Source of the DNA: the human T2T-CHM13v2.0 reference genome, Homo sapiens
Direction: 5' to 3' (one strand)
DNA length: 64,000 nucleotides
NCBI RefSeq assembly: GCF_009914755.1
Contig: NC_060947.1
The notes beneath the pieces were generated by a model. That model searched no databases. It was given only the letters and a program-made list of their open reading frames with translations, and was not told the DNA's origin. The position numbers were made by a program, and so were the translations under genes. Each line of letters starts with the position of its first letter. Position 1 is the stretch's first letter. Of the stretch, positions 1-24,424 are shown piece after piece.

Positions 1-250
1 GAAGACTCATCCAAAAACTCCTAGATCTGATAAATAAATTCAGTAAAGTTTCAGGGTATAAAATCAATGTACACACATCAGTAGCACTGCTACACACCAA
101 CAGCAACCAAGCTGAGAATCAAATCAAGAACTCAACCCATTTTACAACAGCTACAAAAACAAAACAAAACAAAACAAAACAAAACAAAATGTAGTAATAT
201 ACCTAACCAAAGGGGTTAAAGATCTCTACAAGGAAAACTAGAAAATACTA

Positions 251-627
<377 letters not shown>

Positions 628-682
628 TTATGGATGGGTAGAATCAATATTGTGAAAATGACCTTACTGCCAAAAGCAATTT

Positions 683-2009
<1,327 letters not shown>

Positions 2010-3367
2010 TCATTGGACTTCCCATCAAAATACCATCATCATTCTTCATAGAACCAGAAAAAATATCATAAAATTCATATGGAACAAAAAAGAGCCCGCA
2101 TAGCCAAAGCAAGACTAAACAAAAAGAATAAATCTGGAGGGATCACATTACCCAACTTAAAACTATACTATAAGGCTATAGTTACCAAAACAGCATGCTA
2201 CTGGTATAAAAACAGGCACTTATACCAATGGAACAGAATAGAGAACCCAGAAATAAAGCCAAATACTTAACAGCCAACTGATCTTCGACAAAGCAAACAA
2301 AAACATAAAGTGAGGAAAGGACACCCCCACATTCAACAAATGGTTCTGAGATAATTGGCAAGCCACATGTAGAAGAATAAAAATGGATTCTCATCTATCA
2401 CCTTATACAAAACAACTCAAGATGGATCAAAGACTTAAATCTAAGACCTGAAACCATACAAATTCTAGAAAATAACATCGAAAAAAATCTTTCTAGACAT
2501 TGGCTTAGGCAAATACTTCATGACCAAGAACCCTAAAGCAAACACAACAAAAGCAAAGATAAATAGATGGGACTTAGTTAAACTAAAAAAGGCTACTTCA
2601 CAGCAAAAGAAATAATCAGCAAAGTAAACAGACATCCCACAGAGTGGGAGAAAATATTCACAAACTATGCATCCATTAGACAAAGGATTAATGTCCAGAA
2701 TCTACAAGGAACTCAAACAAATCAGCAAGAAAAAAACAAATAATCCCATCAAAAACTGGGCTAAGGACATGAATAGACAATTCTCAAAAGAAGATATACA
2801 AATGGCCAACAAATATATGAAAAAAAATGCTCAATATCACTAATTATCAGATAAATTCAAATCAAAACCACAATTTAATACCACTTTACTCCTGCAAGAA
2901 TGGCCATAATTAAAAAATTTAAAAAAAAATGTTGATGTAGATATGGTAAAAAGGGAACAGTTTTACACTGCTGGTGGGAATGTAAACTAGCACAACCACT
3001 ATGGAAAACAGTATGGAGATTACTTAAAGAAGTAAAAGTAGAACTACCATTCGATCCAGCAATCTCACTTTTCTTCTGGGTAGAGGAAAAGAAGTCATTA
3101 TACAAAAAAAAAAAAAAACACTTGGACATGCATGTTTACAGCAGAACAATTCACAATTGCAAAAATATGGCACCAGCCTAAATACCCATCAACCAACCAG
3201 TGAATAAAGAAAATGTGGTATATATACCATGGAATACTACTCAGCCATAAAAAGGAATGAAATAATGGCATTCGCAGCAACCCGGTTGGAGTTGGAGAGG
3301 ATTATTCTAAGTCAAGTAACTCAGGAATGCAAAATCGAAGATCATATGTTCTCACAAGTGGGAGCTA

Positions 3368-3809
<442 letters not shown>

Positions 3810-3949
3810 TCAGTGTACACTGCTCAGGTGATGGGTGCACCAAAATCTCAGAAATCTCACCTAAAGAACTTACCCATGTAACCAAACACCACCTGTTCCC
3901 CAAAAACTATTGAAATAGTAATAATAATAAAAATAATTTTAAAAAAGAA

Positions 3950-5596
3950 TGTAGTAGGCTTCCCATCTATTTCACTTCTAAGAACACCATGATTAATTGG
4001 CCAATGCCGTAGTCTATACAAGTCAGAGTATTCTGATGGTTGCTCTGACTCTGCTGTTCATCATAACTATGCTCACCATGCCTTTGGCAGTTGAGTGCTG
4101 CCACTTGACCCGTGCTGCCACTTGACCCATGCTACCCTGGGATCCAGTTACTCCCACGGAATTTAATTTTACCAATTGAGTGACTGTGGTTCCTACAGCA
4201 AGGTCTGGCCTACAGAGAAGAGCAATCACAGAGCTTTTCAAGGATGTTGGGGCTCCACTTGGAAATCTATTTCTTAAAGTATTGGCGAAGGTTATGTCTC
4301 CTGAACTCTCCCAAAGTGGGTGACTAGGTCTTAAATGGCAAATCTTCCCTAACTACATTCCAATCTCCTTAAGCCTCTCAAGTTCTTCCTGTATGTTAAA
4401 TCAAGAGATAATAGGCATCTCCAACTTACCCATGAGCCATCTTTTGATCCATCTTTCAGCTAAACACCCAAACTGTTAGAGCCCTAACTCCCTGAGTTGC
4501 AACATTAAATGAAGGCTGTTTGCTTAGTAGGTCAATATCAATAAATTCAGCCTGATCCAACTTTATATTCCTTCCAATACTATACCAAACCTTCAATATC
4601 TATTCCAACGCATGTTCCCCAGATTTCTTCTTGTATAAATTGGAAGATTTTCAAGTGGTTCTTTTGGAATGCAGTGCACCTCCTCATGGGTCACACTTTG
4701 TACCTCACCTTTAGGGGCCTGCTGGGGCTTCAGTCTAGTTATAAGTCTAGAAGCAAAGAGGGGTGGTGGATAGGTGCTGAGAAAAATCTGAATTGTCTTG
4801 CTTGACAACTGCCTTAGGAAATGCCATTACCATTTTCTCAGGCAATGCAAAGTTAATCCCCTCAGACAGAGGTGGAAAGGCAGATGCTGCTGTGGGTCGG
4901 GGTTGGGATGACACTGCTGCTAGGGGTGAAGAAGCAACTTCCACTGGCATAAAAGACTCATCCAAATTTAGGAGTTCAATGTCCCCAACTTCATCAGAGT
5001 CTTTCCACACATCCACATCCAAACTTACAGGATCCCATTCTTTCCCAATCAATGCTCTCACTTTAACAGTAAATACTCTGCAAGACTGGGAGCTCAACTT
5101 TTATTGTAATTCAGCCAATTATATAATGAAAATTTGTGTTTGGTTTTTAGCAGTTTTATCCCTGTGGCTACAGGACATAAGATTCTCCCTCAGGATATAC
5201 CTAGAAACTCTAAGGTCATGTATGCATTGCTTGAGCCTAGAATTTGAATCTCTGAGTTCATCCTTTTCTTTCATCACTTTGTCCAGTGACATTAGGAGCA
5301 ACCAACCGATATCATTATATTCCTTAGTTTTCTACAAATGTTTGAAAGTATCGTATACAGGGTCACTAAGTTATTTGCCCTCTTATAAGTGGTTAATTAG
5401 GTGTATCCAATGCAGACATTTCGCTTATCTCTATAAACAGTTCATGCCATGGGCTATTAGTGCTTTCTGTACTATTGGAAATAGAGTTTTTAGCATTTTT
5501 AAGTCTAATCGGATTAAAGAGCCAATTCCCAAAACCAATTCAGGAGACTCATCCTTAAAATTCTCTTCCTCTACAACCACTCTTGGTATCAAAATC
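3950..5596 (-). mobile_element. ERV-L internal region, degenerate gag
   Basis: Peptides VKVRALIGKEWDP (4747..5097) and DKVMKEKDELRDSNSRLKQ; begins GATTTTGATACCAAGAGTGG next to the LTR. Confidence 0.85.
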
Positions 5597-5665
5597 TATA
5601 TTAGTTAGAGTTCTCCAAAGAAACCAAACCAATAGAATGGATGGATAGACTAGACAGATAGATAC

Positions 5666-5713
<48 letters not shown>

Positions 5714-6233
5714 GAGAGGAGATTTAATAGGGGAATTGGCTCATATTATTACAGAGGCTGAGAAGTCCCACAATATGCTGCCTGTAAGCTGGAGAACCAG
5801 GGAAGATGGCAGTTTGGCTTAGTCCAAGTCTGAAGGTTTGAGGACCAGGGGAGCCAATGTAACTCTCAGTCTGAGGCCAAATGTCCAAGAACACAGGGAA
5901 CCAGTGCTACAAATCCAAGAGTCCGAAGACCAGAGAATCTGGAGTTCTGATGTTCAAGGGCAAAAGAAGATGGGCGTCCCAGTTCCGGAAGAGAGAGAGA
6001 GAGCAAGTTCACATTTTCTCTGTTTGTTGTTGTTGTTGTTCTATCTGGGTCCTCAGATGATTGCATGATACCTCCCCATATTGGGTAAGGACAGATCTTC
6101 CTTATTCAGTCCACTGATTCAAATGTCAATCTCTTACTGAAACATCCTCACAGACAAATCCAGAAATAATGCTCTACCAGCTATCTGGGTATCCTTTAAT
6201 CCAGTCAAGTTGACACCTAAAATTAACCATCAC
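5597..6233 (-). mobile_element. MLT2-family LTR (5' LTR of the ERV-L)
   Basis: MLT2 termini in reverse (TATTAGTTAGAGTTCTCC...GTTGACACCTAAAATTAACCATCAC). Confidence 0.85.
5645..5712. repeat. (GATA)n microsatellite
   Basis: Visible tandem GATA array. Confidence 0.97.
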
Positions 6234-6239
6234 CATATG

Positions 6240-6540
6240 TCAAACAGTACTTTAGTAAGCTGACTATCTATTCTATTTCTAGTTACCCGGTGATCAATTA
6301 GCCATTGCCACAGATTCTTGTGGGTCAAAACATTCAGATTACCATTCTGTTCCTGTGTGCTACTGTGATAATGGTCCCTATCTTGTCCACCTGACCTTTA
6401 CCACTTTGGGATCCCATTGTTTCTATTTGAGGTCAGGGGACCTAATTGTATTGCAGTATCCCTCACCATTATTTCTGGCCTTTAGAATATAGCCACCATT
6501 GAGCTTATCAAGGATGCAGTTGCTCTGCTTATCAATGCAT
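6240..6540 (-). mobile_element. Second ERV-L gag-like fragment
   Basis: Resembles 4130-4260 (GGGATCC...TCTGGCCT...GAGCTT.TCAAGGATG). Confidence 0.5.
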
Positions 6541-6544
6541 ATTT

Positions 6545-7040
6545 TTATTAATTTTTTTTATTTTGAAGCAATTACAAGTATACAGAAAACTTATGGAAAA
6601 GTGGTAAATACAAATGACATTTTTTTCTGAAATCTTTTTAGAATAAATTGCCAACCTGCTGCTCATTCACCCCTAAATACTTAAGTGTGTATTTCCTCAG
6701 ATATTTAAGTGTGTATTTCTGACAAACAAGGACATTCTCCCATATAATCACAAGCCAACCATCAGTATCAGGAAATTAACACTGCTACATTATTACCATC
6801 TAATCCTCAGACCCCATTCAAGTTGTGACAATTGCCCATCAGAGTAAAAGGATTCAAGACAGAATTATAGGTTGCATTAAGTTGTAATGTATCTTTAGTC
6901 CCCTTTAGTCTGGAATGTTTCCTCAGTCTTTCCTTAACTTTTATAATCTTGAAACTTGTGAAGATTACAGTTATTTTGGAGACTGTCCCTGAATTTGGAT
7001 TATTCTAATATTTCTTCATGATTAGATTCATGTTATGTAT
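6545..7040 (-). mobile_element. Old L1MC-type 3' end fragment
   Basis: ACAAACAAGGACATTCTCC and CACCCCTAAATACTT motifs typical of L1MC4-like 3' UTRs. Confidence 0.6.
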
Positions 7041-7406
7041 CTGTGGTGGCTTTAATATTTGTCAACAAGTTAGGCTGAACTGCATTTTCCAGAATTCCCT
7101 TTTCTCTATGCTTCTTGTTAGGGTGGGCCACAAAAGATTCCTGTGAGAGATTTGGAGGATGGAAGTGAAGCAATAGCCGTTTTGCAGCTCACACATTTGC
7201 TGCTTATCTGCTGGCTCACCTTTTTTGTATGGAGCACATCTGGGCCTACAACTGCTCCACCTTCCCCTAGGTCCTCCTTCAACTCCTTCGACTCCTGAGC
7301 CAGGTATGTGTTTAACTCTGAGGTGAAGGGCCTGGCTTCTGCAGGATCTCCATACCACTAAGGTCAGAGGCAACAAGAACTGCCAGCTTGGGCTTGCGTG
7401 TTGCAG

Positions 7407-7495
7407 CGGAGGTTGCAGTGAGCTGAGATTATGCCACTGCATTCCAGCTTGGGCGACAGAGCAAGACTCCATCTCAAAAACAAAAATAAAAAAGA
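7407..7495 (+). mobile_element. Alu right-arm 3' fragment
   Basis: GCGGAGGTTGCAGTGAGCTGAGAT...GACTCCATCTCAAAAA. Confidence 0.9.
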
Positions 7496-7509
7496 TAAGA
7501 GTAGTTTAA

Positions 7510-7826
<317 letters not shown>

Positions 7827-7829
7827 TTA

Positions 7830-10800
7830 CACATCACAGTTATCACAGTTACAGGGTTGTAATATTCTACTGCTTTTCTGAGTACTTACTGTTATCAGTG
7901 AATTTTGTACTTTTAGGTTTGGGCATTAAAGAGTTAGGTATTTATTATAGTCTTCACAGTTTAGGCTTGTTTGTACCCATCCTTCTTGGACAGATTTCCA
8001 GATATTCAAAAGGACTTGGGTGTTGTGATCTAAGCTTTATCTACTTTAGGGGGCACCCCAAGCTCAGTAACACTGTAGTTCTTGCAGACTCAGAGGTACC
8101 ACCTTGATGGTCTTGGACAAGATCTGGGAGAATTCTCTGGATTACCAGGCAGAGACTCTTGTTCTCTTCCCTTACTTTCTCCCAAACAAACAATCTCTCT
8201 CTCTCTCTCTCTGTCCTGAGCCACCTGAAGCTGGAGGTTGAGTGACACAAGCACTCCTGTGGCCACTATCACTATGACTGCATTGGGTCAGACCTGAAGC
8301 CAGCACACCACTGGGTCTCACCCAAGGCCTGCTATATCCACTCTCTGGTTACCACCTATGTTTGCTCAAGGCCCTACGGCTCTACAATCAGCAGGTGGCA
8401 AAGCCAGCCAAGCCTGTGTCCTTCTTTTCAGGGCCATGAGTTCCCCCAGGCCCCAGGCACATCCAGAGGTACTGTCTGGGAGTCAGGGACTAGAGTGAAA
8501 AACCATAGACATCTATTTGGTGTTCTACCACACTGGGCTAAGCTGGCACTCAAACCACAAGATGCAATCCTTTCTACTCTTCCCTCCCCTTTCCAAAGGC
8601 AGAGGTTCCTACCTCATGGCCACCATGGGGAGTATTGCCAGACTACCACTGATGTTCACTTAAGGCCAAAGGGCTCTTCAGTCAGCTTGTGGTGAATGCT
8701 GCTTGGCCTTGGACTCACCCTTCAGGGCAGTGGGCTCCCCTGTGGCCCAGGGCAGGTCCAGAAATCCCATCCAAGAGCCAAGTCCTGGGATCAGGGACCC
8801 TAAGAGCCCACTTGGTGCTCTATTCCCCTGTGGCTGAGCTGGTACCTAAGGTGTGAGACAAAATCCCCTTTACTTTTCCTCTGCTTTTCTCAAGAAGGAG
8901 TCTCAAAGAGCAGTCTCCATTCCATAGCCATCACAGCTGGGAATGTGCTGAGTCTCACCTGAAGCCAGCAGGTCTCAGAGTCTCACCAAAGGCCCTCAAT
9001 GTAGTACCTGGGTATTGTTGCTGGTCATTCAGGGCCCAAGAGCTCTTCAGTTAGCAGGTGATGAAGCCTGCCAGGAGTGGGTCCTTCCCTTTAAGGCAGT
9101 GAGTTCCCTTCTGGCCCAGCATATGTCTAGAAATGTTATCCAGGAACTAGAATCTGAAAAGAGGGCCTCATGGCTCTGACTCATGCCCTGTCCTGCTGTG
9201 GCTGAGCTGGTACCCAAGATGCAAGACAAAGTCTTCCCTACTCTTCCCTTTCCTCTCCTCAAGTGGAAGGAAGGGGTCTCTTTTGGAGCCACAAGCTGAG
9301 CAGCCTCAGGTTAGGAGAGGAGTGATACCAGTACTCCTTCAGCCACCCTGACTGGTGTCTCAGCAGGTTGCATGCTCCCCTGCAGTCCACTGTCTGTGGC
9401 CCCAGTTAAGCACTAGGGCTTTCCTAGGAGTTATAGTCCTTGAGGCCTAGACTGCCTTTCAAGATTATTTAGAGACCCAGAGCACTTTAGCCCACAGTGG
9501 TGAGGCTTGTGGAGACTAAAGTTCCAACTGCTGGGATCAGAAATTACCCTCTGGCTAGGGCTGGTTTAAATGCTCCCTCTGTGGGCACACATCAAGCTGA
9601 GTTTGGTCTGGTTTTCCTTTCTGCTCTAAAAGGACAGCACTGAGTTCAAAACCTCACAATTGCTGTGTTCTTCCTCCCCCAGCACCCAGAGATGCTCTCT
9701 GCACCACACAGCTGCTGCCAGGGTTTGGGGGAGGAGTGGCATTGGCAATTCAAGACTGTTTCTCCTATCTCTTCAGTGCCTCTTTCAGCAAAGGAAGTTA
9801 AAACCAGGTGCTGTGAGTGCACATCTGATACTTGGTTCTTATGAAGGTGCTTTTTCTGTGTAGATAGTTGTTGAACTGGTGTACTTGCAGGGGGGATGAT
9901 TGGTGGAGTCTTCTATTCTTCCATTTTGCTCCACCTCCCTCCTCTGATCTCTATAGGTATTTTCTTTGTGGTTGCCATTGTAATTACATAAAACAGCTTA
10001 AAGTTATAACAATCTATTTTGAACTTATAACAACTTAATTTCATGACACAAAATATCTCTTTAATATTGCATACCATTAACATAGATTTAAAATTACCTT
10101 TTCTGCTCTTGTTTTTAAATGCTAGATAAGATTTTTAAAGTGATTTATGTATCTACATTAAAATACTACCTACAGGATTCTACATTTATCTACATATTAA
10201 CCTTTACCAAGGAATTTTATATTTTTGTATGGTTTCACATTGCTGTTTATTGTCTTTTTTCTTCAACTTGACAGACTTTCTTCAGCATTTCTTATAGGAC
10301 AGGTCTAGTGTGATTAACTCCCTCAGCTTTTGTTTATCTCAGAAACTCTTCATTTTGCCTCCATTTTTGAAGGACAGTTTTGCCAGATATAATATTATTG
10401 AGTAGCAGTTTTTTATTTCAGAATTTTGAATACATCAGTTCTATCCTGCAAGGTTTCTGCTGAAAAATCTGTTGACGATCTATTAGAAGCGCACTTTTAA
10501 ATGACAAGTTGTTTTTCTTTTGCTGCTTACAAGATTCTCTCTTTGCCTGTGACTTTTTATAGTTTGATTATAATGTGCCTCAGTATAGGTCTCTCTATAT
10601 TTATCCTAGTTGAATTTCTTTGAGCTTCTTGAATATGTATGTCTTTCTCTCCTCTGATATGGGAAGTTTTCAGCCATTAGTTCTTCAAACAGTTCTTCAA
10701 ATTCTCTGCTCCTTCCTCTTTTTTTTCCCCCTCAAGGACTCCCATAATGCATATATTGTTACATTTGAGAGTGTCCCATAAGTCCTTTAGGCTCTGTTCA

Positions 10801-11800
10801 GTTTTATTCATTCTTTTGTTCTTTTGGCTCCTCTGTCTAGATAATTTCAATTTCCTGTCTTCAAGTTCACTGATTTGTTCTATCTGGTCAAATCTGCTGT
10901 TGGACTTCTATAGTGAGGTTTTCAATTCAGTTATTGTATTCTTCAGTTTCAGAATTTCTGTTTGGCTCTTCTTCATGGTTTTTATATCTGTTGATATTCT
11001 CATTTTGTTCATTTTCCTGATTTTATTTAGTTGTCTGTCTGTACTCTCTTTTAATTCACATTGAGCATCCTTATGGTGGTTATTTTTAAATTCTTCCTCT
11101 GGTAATTCACTTATCTCTACTTCTTTAGGGACAGTTTCTGAATATTAACGTTCTTTTGTTGGGTCATGTTTCCTTGTTTCTTTGTATGCCTTGTTATCAT
11201 CTGTTGGGACTTCATTCACGAAACAGCCACCTATTGCAGTCTTTGGAGTCTGGTTTCATACAGGGAGGACTTTCTCCAATTAGATCAACTAGAGTTCTGG
11301 AGACATATAAAGCTTTCTAAGGATCCTTCCTGTCTGGGCTTTTGTATGTTAAGCTCCCAGTTGAACTTTACTGGCTTCTACTCAGGAGCCCCACCTGGTG
11401 TCTATCTGTAGTACTGCAGCCTCGCTGGTGGTTTAATAAGACATAGCACTGGAGCGCCGCCTAGTGTCTATCTGTGATAATGCACTCTGGTGCACATTTA
11501 ACTCTCTTTTTCTCAGCAGCCCCCAACCTGGCACCCCATTCTTATCAGTACTTAGCTTTAGCAAGACAGACACTAGTCCCATGGGAAGCCACCGCCCCCA
11601 CTCCAGAAAAGTTAGAATGTTGGATATATTTTCCATTCTTCTTTCCCTACTCAGGGAGACTTTCCCAACTCAGGGAGTTGGGAGTTCTTTCCCAATCATG
11701 CCCGCTATTTTGGAAGAAAGGGCTCTGGCAAATGAATGTCGTGTTTTCTTTGTTACCACACTTCAATTTGGTTGGCTTCACACTAGCCTGTGATGCAGAA
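7830..11800 (-). mobile_element. Old L1M 5' UTR and ORF1 fragments (at least two elements)
   Basis: L1M-type 5' region with internal repeats (GCTGAGCTGGTACC.AAG), followed by T-rich antisense ORF1 sequence. Confidence 0.7.
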
Positions 11801-11804
11801 ACTT

Positions 11805-13970
<2,166 letters not shown>

Positions 13971-13989
13971 TTATATATTATTTGAGATA

Positions 13990-16200
13990 TTTTGAATCCT
14001 ACTGAATTCATTTATCGGTTCTAAGAGTGTTTTGGACGAGTCTTTGGGGTTTTCAAAATATAAGATCATGTTATCTGCAAACAGGGACAATTTGACTTCC
14101 TCCTTTCCAATTTGGATGCCCTTTATTTCTTTCTCCTGCCTAATTGCTCTGGCTAAGACTTCCAGCACTATGTTGAATAAAAGTGGTGAAACTAGGCTTC
14201 CTTGTCTTTGTCCAGATCTTAAAAAAAAATGCTTTCAACTTTTCCTTATTCAGTTTGATGTTAGCTGTGGGTTCATCATATATGGTCTTTATTGTTTTGA
14301 GGTATGTTTTTCTCTATACCTAATTTGTTGATAGTTTTTACCATGAAGAGATGTTGAATTTTATTAAATGTTTTTCTGCATGTGTTGAGATGATTACATG
14401 GTTTTTGTCCTTCATTCTGTTGATATGATATATCACATTTATTGATTTGCATATGTTCAACCAGCCTTCCATTCCTGGGATAAATTCTGCTTGATCATGT
14501 TGTATAATCTTTTTGATGTGCTGTGGAATGTGGTTTACTAACATTTTGTTGAGCATTTCTCATCTATGTTCATCAGGGCTATTTGCCTGTAGTTTTCTTT
14601 TTTTGTTGTTGTGTCCTTGTCTAGTTTTGGTATCAGAGTAATGCTGGCTCTGTAGAATGAGTAGAAAGAATTCCTTCCTCTTCCATTGTTTGGAATAGTT
14701 TGAGGATAAATTATGTTTGTTCTTCTTTAAAACTTTGGTATAACTCAGCAGTGAAGCCATCCAGTCCTAGACTTTTCTTTATTGGGAGACTTTGTATTAC
14801 TGATTCAGTCTAATTACTTGTTATCAGCCTGTTCATGTTTTCTATTTTTTTCAATCTTGGTGGGTTATATGTGACCAGGAATTAATCCATTTTCTCTAGG
14901 TTTTCCAATTTGTTAGTGTATTGTTGTTCATAATATTCTCTAATGATAATTCATATTTCTGTTTTATCACTTGTAATGTCTTCTTTTTTATTTCTGATTT
15001 TATTTCTTTGGGTCTTCTCTTTTTCTTTCTTAGTTTAACTAGTAGTTTTTTTTTTAATTTTATCTTTTCATAAAACCAACCTTTTGTTTTATTGATCTTT
15101 TGTATTGTTTTCTTGATCTTTTGTATTGTTTTTCTAGTCTCTATTTTGTTTATTTCTGCTCTGACATTTCTTATTCATTTCCTTCTACTAATTTTGGGTT
15201 TGGCTTGTTCTTGTTTTTCTAGTTCCCTGAAGTGCATCATTAGGTTGTTTATTTGAAATCTTCTACTTCTTTGACATAGGCATTTATTACTACAAACTTC
15301 CTTCTTAGTACTGCTTTTTCTGTATCCCATAGGTTTGGTATGGTGGGTTTCCATTTTCATTTCTTTCAAGAAATTTTAAAAATTTTCTTCTTAATTTCTC
15401 CCTTTAGCCATTGGTTGTCCAAAGGCATGTTTAATTTCCATGTATTTGTACAGTTTCCAAAGTTCCTCTTGTTATTGATTCCTAGTTTTATTCTACTATG
15501 GTCAGAAAGGATAATTGATATGATTTCAATGTTTTAAATTTTTTGAGACTTTTTTTATGACCTAGCCCATATGGTCCAACCTGAAGAATATTCTATGTGC
15601 TGATGACAAGAATGTGTATTTTGAAATTGTTTGATGAAGTGCTCTGTAAATGTCAGTTAGGTCCACCTGGTCTAGAGTGTAGTTTAGCTCTGATTTTTTT
15701 GCTGATGTTTCTGTCTGGACAATCTGTCCATTGCTGAAAGTGGTCTGTTAAAAGTCCCCTAGTATTATTATATTGTAGTCTATCTCTACCTTTAGATCCA
15801 ACAATATTTGCTATACATATTTGGGTGTTCAGGTGTTAGGTGCATATATATTTACAATTGTTATATACTCTTGCTGAATTGACCTATTTATCGTCATACG
15901 ATGACTTTGTCTCTTTTTGCTGTTTTTGACTTAAAGTCTGTTTTATCTGATATAAATATAGCTACTCCTGCTCTTTTAATTTACATTTGCAGGAAGTATC
16001 CTCTTTTCATCCCTTCACTTTCAGTCTATGTGTGTCCTTACATATGAGGTGAGCCTCTTGTTGGACACATATATACAGGTCTTGTTTTTTTATCATCCAG
16101 TCATTGTATGTCTTTTAATTGAAGAATTTAATTCGTATACATTCAAGATTATTATTGATAGGTATGAACTTACTCTTGCCATTTTGTTCATTGTTTTCTA
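13990..16200 (-). mobile_element. Older L1M ORF2 (endonuclease to RT) fragment
   Basis: [11 protein letters not shown] and [19 protein letters not shown] peptides. Confidence 0.85.
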
Positions 16201-16204
16201 GAGG

Positions 16205-17090
16205 TTTTTTTTTTTCAACTTTTTAGAGTCGGGGTACATGTACATATTTGTTACAAATGTATATTGCATGATGCTGAGGTTTGGGGTATGACTGAACCTA
16301 TCACCCAGGTAGTGAGCATAGTACCCAATAGGTAGTTTTTCAGCCCTTTCCCCTCCTCCACCTGCTAGTAGTCACTAGTTTTGTTGCCATCTTTATGACC
16401 ATGAGTAACTGATGTTTAGCTCCCGCTTGTAAGTGAGAACATGCAGTGTTCTCTGTTTCTGCATTAGTTCCCTTAGGATAATGGCCTCCAGCTGCATCCA
16501 CGTTGCTGCAAAGGACATGATTTCATTTTTCCTTATGGCTGCATAGTATTCCATGGTGTCTGCATACCACATTTTCTTTATCCAGTCCACTGTTGATGGG
16601 TACCTGGGTTGATTCCATGTTTTTGCTATTATGAATAGCACTGTGATGAACATATGGATGCACGTGTCATCTTGGTAGAACAATTTATTTTTGTTTGGGT
16701 GTATACCGAGTAATGGGATTGCTGGGTCGAATGGTAGTTCAACTCTTAGTTCTTTGAGAAATCTCCAAACTGCTCTCCACAGTGTCTGGACTAATTTTTA
16801 CATTTCCACCAGCCATATACAGGTGTCCCCTTTTTGCTGCAGCCTCACCAATATCTGTTTTTGTCTTCTACTTTTTAACAAAAGCCATTCTTACTGGTGT
16901 GAGATGGTATTTCCTTGTGGTTTTGACTTGCATTTCTCTGATGATTAGAGATTATGAGCATTTTTCATGTTTGTGGGTCACTTGTATGTCTTCTTTTGAG
17001 AAGTGTCTGTTCATGTCCTTTGCCCACTTTTCAATGAGGTTATTTGCTTTTTGCTTGTTGATTTAAGTTCCCTATAGATTCTGGATATTT
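16205..17090 (-). mobile_element. L1PA15/16-like 3' end
   Basis: 3' UTR and ORF2 C-terminal peptide (ORF 16393..16683). Confidence 0.8.
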
Positions 17091-17261
17091 CTAGTTGTTT
17101 TATAGATCTTTTGCTCCCTTCTTTTTCCCTTGCTTTCTTTCTTAGTTGTTTGATGGCTTTCTGTAGTGGTATACCTTGGGTCTTTTCTTTTTCTCTTTTG
17201 TATTTGTATTGTAGGCTTTTGCTTTGTGGTTACCCTGAGGTTTACACAAAACATCTTATAC

Positions 17262-18136
<875 letters not shown>

Positions 18137-18150
18137 AAAACATCTTATAC

Positions 18151-19628
18151 TCATAACAGATTAATTTATCCAATAATAACTTAATTTTGATTGCATACAC
18201 AATACCTCCACTTTTACTCCACCTCCTCCCATGTTTTGTTTTTGATGTTACACTTTTATATCATCTTATAACGTGTATCCCTTAGCAAATTATTGTAGCT
18301 TTAGTTGTTTTTAATGGTTTTCCCTTTTGAACTTTATACTAGAAATATAATTGATTTACCTACTGCTGTTACAGTATTAGAGGGTTTTGTATTTGACAAT
18401 GTACTTACTTTTACCAGTGAGTTTTATACTTTCATATGATTCAGTTACTAATTAGCATCCTCTTCCTTCAGGTGAAGAAGTTCATTTAGTTTTTGTAATG
18501 CAGGTCTAATGGTAATAAAGTCTCCCAACTTTTGTTTTTCTGAGAAAGTCTTAATCACCCCTTCATTTTTTGAAAGACAGTGTTGCTGCGTATAGTTTTC
18601 TTGATTGGTGGTCTTTTTCTTTCAGGGTTTTGTCTATATCATCCCACTCTCTTATAGCTTGCAAGGTTTCTGCTGAGAAGTCTATTTATATTCTTATGGA
18701 GGTTCCCCTATGATAATTTGCTTTTCCCTTGCTGCTTTCAATACTCTCTCAGTCTTTTAACTTTTAACAATTTGACTATGATGTGTCCTGGTGTGGATCT
18801 CCTTAGGTTCATCTTATTTGGTGTGCTAAGGACTTCCTGGATCTGGCTTTCCAATTTCTTCCTGGACTTGGGAAGTTTTCTACCATTATTTCTTTGTATA
18901 TGTTTTCTCTCCCTTTCTCTCTTTTTTCTACTTCTGGCTCTGACTCTGGCTATCAATTATGTGTAAGTTATTTTGCTTGATGGTATCCCATACGTCACTT
19001 AAGTTATCTTCACTCTTTGTCATTTTTTTCTTTTTGTTCCTCAGATTGAATGATTTCCAGTGTTCCGTCTCCAAGTTCACTGATTCTTTTGACTGCTTGA
19101 TCTATTCTGTTGTTGAATCCCACTACTGAATTTTTCAGTTCAGTTATAATATTCTTCTGATCTATGATTTCCATTTGGTTCTTTGTAATACTTTCTATCT
19201 CTTTAAGTTATCATCTTGTTCTTCCATTGCTGCCCTGACCCCTGTTAGCATCTTTATGACCACTATTCTGAATTCCCTGTTGGGTAAATTATGAAACTCC
19301 ACTACCTTTGGGTCAGTTTCTGGAGATTTATCTTGTTCTATTATTTGGAATATAATCCTGTTTCTTCATTTTTCTTGATTCTTTGTGTTGGTTTCTGCAC
19401 ATTAGATAAAATATCTACTTCTCTCCATCTTGTTTGACTAGCCTTGTATAGAAGAAGGTTTTCACCAATCCATGTGGCCAGAGGTTTTAAGCTGCCTCTC
19501 TAATCTTTGTGTTTGTCCAGACTGCCATCTCTGTTTTGGATGGATTTCAGGAGCTTAGAATGTGTCACATCTTGTCAGTACCTTGAGACCAGCAAGGTTC
19601 TTTAAATATAGCTGGTAAGGTTGGGGTA
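18151..19628 (-). mobile_element. Old L1M ORF1 region
   Basis: ORF1 peptide IQEVLSTPNKMNLRRSTPGHIIVKL (ORF 18738..18956). Confidence 0.8.
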
Positions 19629-19629
19629 T

Positions 19630-24417
<4,788 letters not shown>

Positions 24418-24424
24418 CTGATAT

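Noticed and set aside
4793-5608. Longest ORF in the window (271 aa, + strand)
   Set aside because: Starts at TTG, lies antisense to decayed ERV-L gag, is Ser/Leu-rich and has no recognisable domain.
7040-7400. Unassigned segment checked for further TRMT12 exons
   Set aside because: No peptide match seen; it looks like an old LTR fragment whose family I cannot name.
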